A DNA stretch of 64,000 nucleotides. Origin: Vicinamibacteria bacterium. GTDB lineage: Bacteria > Acidobacteriota > Vicinamibacteria > Vicinamibacterales > JAENWD01. A model generated the notes under the pieces. The model did not search any database, was not told the DNA's origin, and worked only from the letters and a program-made list of their open reading frames with translations. The position numbers were made by a program, and so were the translations under genes. This document shows positions 53,911 through 63,303 of the stretch, in pieces. The stretch lies in the NCBI GenBank assembly GCA_963763095.1, contig CAVXNR010000027.1, positions 4,878 through 68,877 of the forward strand. Reading direction: 5' to 3'. Numbering within the stretch: position 1 is the first letter of the stretch; every line of letters begins with the position of its first letter.

Positions 53911-56900
53911 TCAGCTCCTCACCGTCATCCGCGTCGCCGCGATGCCCACCGCGCTGGCCGCCTCGGTGGCGACTGCCGCCTCGCTCGCGCTCAGTGCACC
54001 GAACGCGGCGAGCAGGCCGGTGCCGGCGGCGACCGCCGAGCCCTCGAGCAGGTCGGCGGAGTCGACCGCGCTCGCGACGATCGAGGCTCCGCTCGGCGCT
54101 ACCGTGACGCGGTCGGGGGGCGGGTTCACGGGTAGATAGGGGTTGCCGCGGCGCTCGAAGGCGCGTCCGGTGAGCGACGTGCTTGCGAACGCGCTCGAGA
54201 TCGCCGCGAACGCGCCGATGAACTCGACGAGCTCGGCTCCATGCGGGGTCGGGGTTGCGCACGTAGGTGTGATAGACGACGTCGGCAGCGGCGGACGTTC
54301 CGACCTTCGGCGTGGTGGCGGCGGCCATACGGCATCCGCCGACGAGCTCCTCGAACCCGGAGCGGGCGAGCAACTTCTCACCCGCGAGATCGAAGTAATG
54401 GCCGGGCGCGAACGCCGTGCGCCTCTCGCTCAGAGCGGCGAGCGCACCCGCGGACGTGGACGGGTCGCCGATCGTGACCATGTCCGCCTTCACCGGGGAC
54501 TCGCCGATGTGCGAGATCTTCACGCCGAGCGGCACCGCAGACTGCACCACCTCGAGCGCGGCCATCGGATGCGCCATTCGGCCCGGCACGTCATCCACTT
54601 CGGCGAGTGTCACCAGCTGCGCGGCGTGATCGGGCAGCTCGGTCTTCCAGGCGTCATCCTCGTTCATCGCTTCCGCGACCAGCAGGAGCGCATCGACTTT
54701 CGGCGCGATCGGGCGGGGTTGTTCGCCCCACTGGATGGGCCCGAGGTCTTCGTCGAACGTCGGCAGGAACCAGACGTCGATCCTGACGTGGCCCTGCAGC
54801 TTGTAAGGGGTCGTGCCTTCGAGCGAACCCTTGAACTGCACGGACGCGAATGAGAAGCCGAGGACCTCGATCTCGATGCCGACGTCGATCGACACTTTGA
54901 ACAGGAAGCGTGGCGACCAGACGAAGAGCATGTCGAGCTGCAGCCACGCGTGAGCGCTCGCGATCTTGAAGTCCGCCCACAGGTCGCCGCGGATGCCGAG
55001 CTGTACGCTGCCCGCCGTGAGCGCGAAGTACGCCTGGATCTGGATCTTCAGCACTGCGACGGGCGAAATCTCGATCTGGATGCGCTTGAGGTCCTTGAGG
55101 CGCGGCGTCTCGCCCGTGAGCTGCGCGTACTCCGGGTGGTAGCCGCCGAGCGCCAGCTCGAACGCGCCGCCCTTCGTCCAGCCGATGTACAGGCCAAGGT
55201 CGCCGGAGATCTTGATCTCGCCGATCTTCGAGTCGCGCATGCGCGCGTACATCTCGAGGTGATCTTCGGTGACGGCGATGTAGATGTCGGCGCGAATGTC
55301 GGTGATCGCCTTTTCTTTCGTTGGCACGCGCACACGCAGCGAGCCGAGGATGACGAACAGGAAGTCGGGCAGGGCGAGCACGACGCCGACCTTGAGTTCG
55401 ACGAACTTGGCCTGCGAGCCCCACCCCAGCTCCGCGATCGGGCCGAACACGAACGCCCCGGGCCGCGGCGGGAAGACGTGCGCCACCTGGTCGAGCAGCT
55501 TCGGCGCTTCGGCCACGGGGTCGTCGGGGAACAGCATCCGGTCGATGACGTGCTCCTCCATGCCCTTGCGCAGCGCTTCGAGGTCGATGCCTCGGTCGAG
55601 CGCGATGAGGCCGCCGACCCCGTTGAGCGTGAACCCGAAACTCAGTTCGATCGGCGTCGGGAACCGGACACCCATGACGAGCACGAGCGAGAACGGTTCG
55701 GGCGAGAGGACCACGATCGCGTAGACCCCTACCTTGAGAATCTGCAGCTGGATGACGCCGCCGAATTCGACACGCTTGAGCTTCGACCCGTCGGGCTGCG
55801 GATACTCGCGCTCGACGCGCTGGATGAATCCGCCGCCCGTGACGGGCCCGGCCTTGATGCGCAGGCCAATCTGGTCGGGCCACCGCGGCGTGACCGGCAG
55901 GTCGAACATCTCATGGTGGTCGGCGACGCCGCTGATATCGACAATGAAGCCGGCACCGACGATCTGGATGCCGACGGCGTCGCCCATCTTCGCGGCGATC
56001 GAGGTCGTGAGCTCGAAGCCCTGGGCCTCGCGCTGGGCGTTGCGGAGAATGCCGAGCGCGAGCTCGCGTAACTCGACGGCCGGGTACGAGAAACGGACCG
56101 GGAGCACCGCCTTCTCATTGCCACGGCCGTCTCCCAGGTAGAAGCCCTGCCCGGTATCCAGCGAGACCGCGGTGTGGCTCGTGGTCTTGGGATCGGGCGA
56201 ACCCGGCATGACCTTCTTGAGAAGCGGGTCGCTCGTGATGCCCGGCTCGAGCAGCGTGCGCAGGCGGATGCCGAGAATCGCCACATCCCCCATGAACCAT
56301 TTGCCGTCCCGCTCGACGAGCGCTTTCTTCTCCTCCTCTGTGGGATTCGCGACCTGGCGGTCGCTGAACTGCAGGAACGCCTCGAACTTGACTTGATCGA
56401 GCTTCATCGCGCCGAGCTGCGCGGTGGGCAGGTCGTCGAGCAGGGCGACGAGCACGAACTTGCCGCCGGACCGGTCGAGCGTGAGCACCTTGCCGAGCTC
56501 ACCGACGAGGTCGTCCGTACGGAGGATCGCGGAGCCGAACTTGTTGAGGAGGTTCCCTGCGCCGGCTCCGAGGTCCTTCCACGGCTGCACCCAGGGATTC
56601 CAGAGGTCCATGAGGCCCTTCTGGATGTTGTCGTCGACGTTGCCGTTCTGGTCCTTCGCCAGCTCCTTGGCGACGATCGCATAGGCCTGGTCCATGGCGG
56701 CGAGCGCAGTGCCGATGCGCACCGCCACGCGCGCCGCCACGTCCATGTCGAAGTCATCGGACTCGATGTCGGTGATCGACTCCTCGACGTTGGTCTTAAT
56801 CGTCTTAATCTGGTTCTTGATGCTCTTGGCGATCGCTTCGACGGTCGGCTTGGCTGCCTCGATGTCGGCCTTGAGTTGGTCGAACTTCGTCTTGATCTCG

Positions 56901-57034
56901 CCCGCCGAGAAGCTCGTGACCAGCGTCTCGAGAAACGAGCCAGTGTCCTTGAACGTCGTGCCGGACATCTCGCCCAGCCGCGAGTTGCCGAAAGCCTCGA
57001 TTCCCTTGAGGAATCCGGTGCCTATGTCGCTCAT
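53911..57034 (-). CDS. Uncharacterised protein A of four-gene operon, DUF6603-like (~1040 aa; one frameshift near 54245)
   Basis: GGGFI, FSLVLVMGVRFPTPIELSFGFTLNGVGGLIALDR and ALGGYHP recalled as DUF6603-type motifs; the natural C-terminus lies in ORF 53911-54381, ending just before the gene B start. Confidence 0.78.
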
Positions 57035-57132
57035 GGGCGGCCCCCGCAGGCTCGCTGCCGAACAGCCCGCGCCGTGCGCGGCGCCCGCTTCGAGATCCGC
57101 GTTACTCCGAGCGTCTCGAACCCGCTGTCCAT
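57031..57132 (-). CDS. Putative 33-aa leader ORF coupled to gene A
   Basis: GGGGGGAGG SD 5 nt before ATG 57132; MDSGFETLGVTRISKRAPRTARAVRQRACGGRP*; TGA overlaps the gene A ATG. Confidence 0.4.
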   Translation of the reverse strand: MDSGFETLGVTRISKRAPRTARAVRQRACGGRP

Positions 57133-57559
57133 AGGATCCTCCCCCCGTTCCTCAACGCCCTCGATTCGAGTCGAACGGCCGTGCGAGGCGTCTCCGTTCA
57201 TGGATACGCGCGCGTACGCGGCGGCGTAGATGCACCCGAGCGCGCAGCGGCGGTACGGGTTAATGCTGAACTTGAAGCCGACATCCGGACCCTTGTGCGC
57301 GCGATGATGCCTTTAGTCGTGTCGCGAAAGATCTGCGTCTTCGACGCTGGCTCCTCCGGGTCTTACTCGTCCGGATCCGGCACGGATTCAATCGGTTCGA
57401 AACGATTCGGTGGGCTGTCCGACGCGCCACGGCCACGAATCTGGACCAGGTTGATGGCCTCCATGCTTCACCGTTCGATGAAGCTTCGTCGTGCGGCTAC
57501 CCTCGTGTCGGAGATACGGGCGCGAGGGGAGGGAGATATGGACAGACGTTTCCGATCCA

Positions 57560-57760
57560 GGTCGCCGGCGGTGTTGATGAGGCGTTGCTGCAGACTGATG
57601 AGCGACCACGTGTCGACCTGTGATGGCGACACCAACCGCCGCCACAGATTCCCCAGGTTGGAGGCGAGCACGCTCAGCTGCAAACGCAGGTCGTTGGCGC
57701 GGAACTCGACCTCGGCGACGACGCGCCTCAAGCAGGTCCAGGTACCCGCTGGGCACGCCA
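57560..57760 (-). mobile_element. IS1380-family transposase remnant (internally deleted)
   Basis: RRVVAEVEF fused to FRANDLRLQLSVLASNLGNLWRRLV..WSLISLQQRLINTAG. Confidence 0.8.
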
Positions 57761-57868
57761 AGCTCTTGTCCAACGAGGCGAAGCAAAGGAAGAGAGTCCT
57801 CGGCCTCTCAGTCATAGGGATGCACGCGAAGGGTCTGGTTGATAACACAAACTAAGAACGCTGGCAAG

Positions 57869-58150
57869 CTGGTCATTGTGAAGCCTGAGATGCTGATCCG
57901 TTGGCATCGAAAGGATCCGATTGTTCTGGCGGTGGGAATCGCGTGCACCAGGCCGGCCGGACGATTCCAGCGGACGTGCAAGAGCTGATCGCGACGATGG
58001 CGGCGGCGAATCGGACGTGGGGCGAGGAACGGAATTGCTGCCGAGCTCCTTCAGGCGCAGCGATTCGTGATTCACGATCGCGACACGATCTGCTCGGAGG
58101 GCGCCGATCGAACCCTTCTCAGACGATGGGTCTGACGGTCCTCAAGAACA
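57869..58150 (+). mobile_element. Degenerate rve/integrase-core IS transposase remnant
   Basis: LVIVKPEMLIRWHRK/LFWRWESR..GR/TIPADVQELIATMAAANRTWGEER/IAAELL with indels. Confidence 0.75.
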
Positions 58151-58332
58151 CCAGTGCACGCTCCACAAGCGAATGCGTTCTGCGAAACGCGTAATCGGCG
58201 CGATCCTCGCGGTCCAGACGTGTATTCTCGCGCACGGTAGATTCGGGATGACGTTCTCGAGATCGACCTCTAGAGAGCACAGTCGATCGGACGTGTCGAT
58301 TCCTGAAACGATACGTCTGCTACAGTTTCCAG

Positions 58333-58743
58333 ATGCGATTCAATCGCTCAGTACCACCCTGCACCGTGATCCCTGTGCTCATTTACCCCGACCCCGGCGC
58401 AGCAGCTGATTGGCTGTCACAGGCGTTCGGCTTTACCGTCCGCCTGCGCATCGCCAATCACCGCATTCAGATGAAAGCCGGAGACGGCTGCTTCACCATC
58501 GCCGAAGGCACGGTGGCGCCAAACAACTCACATATCATTCAGGTCCGGATCGAGAATGCCGAGGGGCACTGCGAGCGCGCGCGGCAGAACGGAGCCATCA
58601 TCCTGACCGAGCCGCAAGGCCAACCCTACGGCGAGCGCCAATACAACGCTGAGGATTTTTGTGGCCATCGCTGGGACTTCACCGAAACTATCGCCGACAT
58701 CGCTCCGGAGGAATGGAGCGGCGGTGCGTTTCATCTTGAGTGA
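58333..58743 (+). CDS. VOC/glyoxalase (PhnB-like) protein
   Basis: PVLIYPD..AAADWLSQAFGF; GAIILTEP..QPYGERQY.AEDFCGHRW.F. Confidence 0.9.
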   Translation: MRFNRSVPPCTVIPVLIYPDPGAAADWLSQAFGFTVRLRIANHRIQMKAGDGCFTIAEGTVAPNNSHIIQVRIENAEGHCERARQNGAIILTEPQGQPYGERQYNAEDFCGHRWDFTETIADIAPEEWSGGAFHLE

Positions 58744-58882
58744 ATGAATCCTGGTCCGCTTGGAACGCTGTCGAAGGACGTAGAGCCGGTCCGGTAGAAG
58801 TCCGACTTGCACCACGGCTTCTAGGCAATCTCACCTGACGCCCCTGTCGTAAAAGGGGACTGGCGTCGGAAGGAGACCTGCC

Positions 58883-60406
58883 ATGCGACAAGTGAGACGG
58901 TACGTCATGGCGGGGGTGGCAGTCGCAACGGCGATTGCCGCCCTTGCGCCGGTCGACGCTGCGGTCGACCTCGACGTCCAACTGGCAGCGGCGCTTCGAC
59001 GCGCCGGCTTCAGCGGCTCGATCGAAGCCACACTCGACACGCGGCTCGGGCGCCCGATCGACCGCGAGCTCGCCGACCTCGGGCGTTTGCTCTTCTTCGA
59101 CAAGATCACCGCGCTCCGCGGCGACAACGCCTGCGCCGGCTGTCATTCGCCGACGGCCGGCTTCGGCGACTCCCAGTCGATCGCGATCGGGATCCAGAGC
59201 AACAACATCGTCGGCCCGAACCGGCGGGGCCCGCGCAACCAGCGCCGTACGCCGACCGTCGTGAACACGGCGTTCTTCCCGAGCCTGATGTGGAACGGGC
59301 GTTTCTTCGCGCGGTCCGGCGACCCGTTCGACAACTCGCGGGGATTCGTGTTCCCGCCGCCGGAAGGGGTCACGATGTTTCCGGCGCACGACCCGGTGAT
59401 CCGCACGCTGCTGGCCGCCCAGGGGCACTTGCCGCCGACCGAGCTCGTAGAGGTGGCCGGCTTCACCGGGACGGCCGGCACAATCGACCCGCGGTTGGAT
59501 CAGTTCGACGACGGCCTCGGCGAGCCGGTGCCGCCGGCGGATGCCAGTGGCTTCCGCAACGAGCCGATTCGCCAGGCGCTGCTCGTCCGGCTCAACGCGT
59601 CGCCGGCATATGAAGCGCTGTTCGCGCGCAGCTTTCCAGAGGTCGCGGCCGGCGCGCCAATCGACTTCTCGATGTTCGGCCGGGCGATCGCGGAGTTCGA
59701 GTTCACGCTCGTCTTCGCCAACGCGCCGGTCGATCGCTTCGCCCGCGGCAACCGGTCGGCGATGACGCTGTCGGAGAAGAAGGGGGCCCTGCTGTTCTTC
59801 GGCCGCGCGGGGTGCGTGCAGTGCCATGCGGTCGGCGGGCGATCCAACGAGATGTTCAGCGACTTCGAAATGCACGTCGTCGGCGTCCCGCAGATCGCGC
59901 CGCGCTTCGGGGTCGGCATGGGCAACATGATCTTCGACGGGCCGGGAGAGGACGAGGACTTCGGGCTGGAACAAATAACCCACGACCCCGCGGATCGGTA
60001 CCGGTTTCGCACGTCGCCGCTGCGCAACGCCGGCATGCAGCCGGCGTTCTTCCACAACGGCGCGTTCACGAGGCCAGAGGACGCGATCCGGCACCATCTG
60101 GACGTCGTCACGTCGGCGCGCGGCTATCGGCCGGCGGCAGCAGGCGTGGACAGAGACCTGCGGTTCCGGCGGGGGCCGATCGAGCCCGTGCTCGATCGCC
60201 TCGATCCACTGCTGGCGGCGCCGCAGGCCCTGAGCGGCGACGAGCTCGCGAGCCTCGTCGCGTTCGTCAGGACGGGGCTGCTGGATCCGCGCGCGCTGCC
60301 GCAGCACCTGTGCTCGCTGGTGCCGCCGGTGCTGCCGAGCGGGATGACCCCGTTACGTTTCGAAGGGTGTCCGCAGACCGGAGCCGCACGGCCAGGCGAC
60401 CGCTGA
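58883..60406 (+). CDS. Di-heme cytochrome c peroxidase/MauG-family protein
   Basis: Signal peptide; LGRLLFFD, CAGCH, RRTPTVVN, MWNG, CVQCH, FRTSPLRN, FFHNG. Confidence 0.92.
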   Translation: MRQVRRYVMAGVAVATAIAALAPVDAAVDLDVQLAAALRRAGFSGSIEATLDTRLGRPIDRELADLGRLLFFDKITALRGDNACAGCHSPTAGFGDSQSIAIGIQSNNIVGPNRRGPRNQRRTPTVVNTAFFPSLMWNGRFFARSGDPFDNSRGFVFPPPEGVTMFPAHDPVIRTLLAAQGHLPPTELVEVAGFTGTAGTIDPRLDQFDDGLGEPVPPADASGFRNEPIRQALLVRLNASPAYEALFARSFPEVAAGAPIDFSMFGRAIAEFEFTLVFANAPVDRFARGNRSAMTLSEKKGALLFFGRAGCVQCHAVGGRSNEMFSDFEMHVVGVPQIAPRFGVGMGNMIFDGPGEDEDFGLEQITHDPADRYRFRTSPLRNAGMQPAFFHNGAFTRPEDAIRHHLDVVTSARGYRPAAAGVDRDLRFRRGPIEPVLDRLDPLLAAPQALSGDELASLVAFVRTGLLDPRALPQHLCSLVPPVLPSGMTPLRFEGCPQTGAARPGDR

Positions 60407-60591
60407 CCGTGCGCGCGGTTGCGGCGCCCCAGGCACGCTTGCTGCGGGTGCCACTGCGCGATGCTCGATGGTCGATGGCTGCGCGGCACGCCGCCCGTTA
60501 GGGCACGTTCCCAAAAACAGCCAGCTGGCGGCCGCGCGCGCTAGAATGCTCACTCGCAACTCCACCAACGGATGACCTGAAAGGACTGACC

Positions 60592-61136
60592 GTGACCAAG
60601 ACTTTACGGATCGCGTTGCTCGTCGCCAGTGTTCCAACGGCTGCGTTTCTTGGCACCCCTGCCGCTCTATTCGCACAAACCGGGGCCAGCGGACCCGGAA
60701 AAGACACCCCCGCGCAAACTTCAAGAGAGGCAATTACCGACCAGGAAATTAAGCTGCTGCAGCAGGACGTCCGGGATCAGAGAAGGCAGATTGTGGCCGC
60801 GAATCTGCCTCTCACCACCGAAGAATCCGCCACATTCTGGCCGTGTACGACGAGTACATCTCCGAAGTGACCAAAATCCTCGACGGCCGGGTCGCCCAAA
60901 TCAAAGAGTACGCTGGCCACTACGCCACCATGGATGACAAACAGGCCACGGACTATATCGGCAAGCTGTTCGATGCGGACAGGGCTCTGATGGATTTGCG
61001 AGTGAAATACCTGCCGGAGTTTGAGAAGGTATTGCCCAAAAAGAAATCGGCTATGTTTCTTCAGATGGATCGGCGCCTTCAAATGATGATTGACCTTCAG
61101 CGCGCCAGCCTGATCCCGCTGATAAACCCGAAATAG
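60592..61136 (+). CDS. Secreted helical hypothetical protein (Spy/CpxP-like), frameshift near 60843
   Basis: ...NLPLTTEESATFWP continues as VYDEY...KYLPEFEKVLP.KK.AMFLQMDRR if one base is restored. Confidence 0.7.
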
Positions 61137-61453
61137 GTTCGTATCGATTAGCAAAACGATCCTTGACGTGAGGTCGAGCGGGTCGGGCCTGAAGACCATC
61201 TTCAGCTCGCCCGACTTCTACGGCTGGGTGACTGGGATTCGAACTGAAAGGCGCTGTTATCGCGACATCTTCGGGAACTGGCCGCGACAGTGGCGATTGG
61301 CTCTGAGTAGTCGCCTTGTGGCGACCAACCCGCGAGCCAAATCCGTCGCCACTTCGGCGTTACACAGGATCCATTCACTCCTGGCCAGCCTAACTTTCGC
61401 GAGATGGAGCCGCATTTGCGAATACCTGAGGCGAGTAAACGCATTCCGGAACA

Positions 61454-61605
61454 CTACTGCAGCGCTGCTGCCTTCGCTTGGACAAGCAGCCGGTCGAGCG
61501 CAGCTCGGTCCAGGAAACGTCCGGCGGACACGACGGCACGAATGCGGGCGGACGTTGGCGTTGTCCTCGAGCGGGTTCCCGTCCAGCAACACCAGGTCGG
61601 CTGTC
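61454..61605 (-). pseudogene. C-terminal remnant of an amidohydrolase
   Basis: ADLVLLDGNPLED.AN / RIRAVVSAGRFLDRAALDRLL. Confidence 0.75.
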
Positions 61606-61715
61606 CGGCGTTGAGCGGCTGCTGTCGAGTCTGAACTACACTCGCCACAGAACACCGCCTCCGGCCCGGTGTAGAATCCGCCCGTTCACGGTCAACTTCT
61701 GAAAGGAGCAGAGTC

Positions 61716-62209
61716 ATGCAGAAGCCTCACGGACCGTTCGTGCTGGTCATACTCGTGTGCGTCGCCTTGGGCTACCAGACACCGAAGGCGCAGTCCCCGG
61801 CCTCAGGCGCTGATATCGCGAAAGTCAGTGACGCGTACGTCAAAGCCTCTCTGGCCGCTGACGCCAAGGCCATTGCGGCGCTGTACACCGAGGATGCGGT
61901 CGAGATGCCGCCGAACCAACCGATGGTGAAGGGGCGAGCGGCCATCGAGCAGGTACCTACACCAAGCAGATGGGCGGCAGCGTCAAGCAGCAGTCGTTCG
62001 CACTGACGAAGATCGAGAGCAACGCGTCCGGTGATATCGGCTATGAGGTGGGGATGTACCGCCAGACGCTCACCGATGGGCAGCATCCCATGGATGACGC
62101 TGGCAAGTACACGGTCGTGCTGAAGCGCACCGCCGGCGCTTGGAAGATCGCGTACGCCATCTACAACAGCGACACGGCAACGACTGCGATGCCGACACCG
62201 GCTCCGTAG
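61716..62209 (+). CDS. Secreted NTF2/SnoaL-like (DUF4440) protein, frameshifted near 61955-61970
   Basis: DAKAIAALYTEDAVEMPPN..VKGRAAI / SGDIGYEVGMY...GKYTVVLKR..GAWKI. Confidence 0.82.
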
Positions 62210-62320
62210 AATACGCGATGTGGCCAACGGGATGCGGCAGGATGCAACCTGAGGAACGCCAGCGGCAAGTACTACCCACGCAGCCGCTGAGCACCGAATG
62301 CCGCTCCCTTAAAAGGGTTG

Positions 62321-63271
62321 TCAGCGCGAGGTCACGACTCTGAACGAGTAGGTGTGAACTGGTGTAGCCGGCTCGCCGGCCCCCGTCAGCTGCAATCGAT
62401 AGTCGCCGGGCGGCAGCAGGTCCACCGCGACGGTCATGGCGACAGCGGCGGGTGTACCGGAGGCGTGCAGCTTCGCAATCGTCCAGCATTCTTCGCCTTC
62501 GGCATCGAACAGCACGGCGCGGTACTCACGCCGGTCCGCACCGGCCACCGGCAGCTGCAGGCGGATCACCTTGGCACCGTCGGGGATTGAAACCCTCGCG
62601 AGCTGCCCCTCGCTCCTGAGGAGTCCCGTGGCCAGCACGAAGGTTGGCGACGGAACCGCCGCCGGCGTTGGGTTCAGCCGGGGAGTCGCGATCTGGGCAC
62701 TCCTATGCTCGGTTGATGCAAGACGCCCCTGCAGATCCCGAATCGCGGTGCTCGACTCCCGCAGCCGGCTTCGATCCTGCTCGTGCTGCGCCGTGAGCCG
62801 CGCCAGCTGGCCGGCTTGCGTCGCCTGGCGCCTCGCCAGCCAGACATTCCCGCCCACAAGAGCAGCCAGGACGAGAGCGGCGGCTGCCGTCCAGAAAGGA
62901 TGTTCAGCCCAAGACATCCCGGTGGGCAGAAGTCTGCCGAGGCGCGATGAATCCACCGACGCGATCACACGGCTCGAGGAGTTTGCAGCCGGTTGCGCGC
63001 CGATCGCGTGCGCCCGAAGCTGCCGGGCGAACCGCACCTTCTCGTGTAGCTGCGGGAGGGCCCTGACCTGGCGTTCGAACGTGGCGCGGTCCGCCCTCGA
63101 CAGTCCCGCGTCCACGTACTCGTCGATCAGCGCCTGCTCGGCCACCGCGAGCGCGTCGAACGTGGCCGGGTCGGTGATCACCTGCTCGTCGAGCGCGACG
63201 CGGGCAGGCTCCTCCAGGTCGCCGAGCAGATACTTCCGCAAGGTGTCTTGGTGTCCTCTGCTCGCCCGCAT
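62321..63271 (-). CDS. Putative anti-sigma-like membrane protein
   Basis: LRKYLLGDL...EQALIDEYV..L...DRATFE N-terminal domain, TM helix, coiled coil, Ig-like LPPGDYRLQL end; downstream of ECF sigma. Confidence 0.7.
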   Translation of the reverse strand: MRASRGHQDTLRKYLLGDLEEPARVALDEQVITDPATFDALAVAEQALIDEYVDAGLSRADRATFERQVRALPQLHEKVRFARQLRAHAIGAQPAANSSSRVIASVDSSRLGRLLPTGMSWAEHPFWTAAAALVLAALVGGNVWLARRQATQAGQLARLTAQHEQDRSRLRESSTAIRDLQGRLASTEHRSAQIATPRLNPTPAAVPSPTFVLATGLLRSEGQLARVSIPDGAKVIRLQLPVAGADRREYRAVLFDAEGEECWTIAKLHASGTPAAVAMTVAVDLLPPGDYRLQLTGAGEPATPVHTYSFRVVTSR

Positions 63272-63303
63272 GGTGCCGCCCTCCTTTCCCCAGAATGCGC
63301 TGA

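Noticed and set aside
51143-57034. Single 1963-aa giant protein
   Set aside because: An Arg-rich nonsense stretch, an internal RBS+ATG at 53908 and a better alternative frame show two genes joined by a frameshift
44051-57034. Assignment of the operon to eCIS/T6SS, Tc toxin or a known defence system
   Set aside because: No sheath, tube, baseplate, VgrG, RHS/YD, SpvB, NTPase or nuclease motifs were recognised
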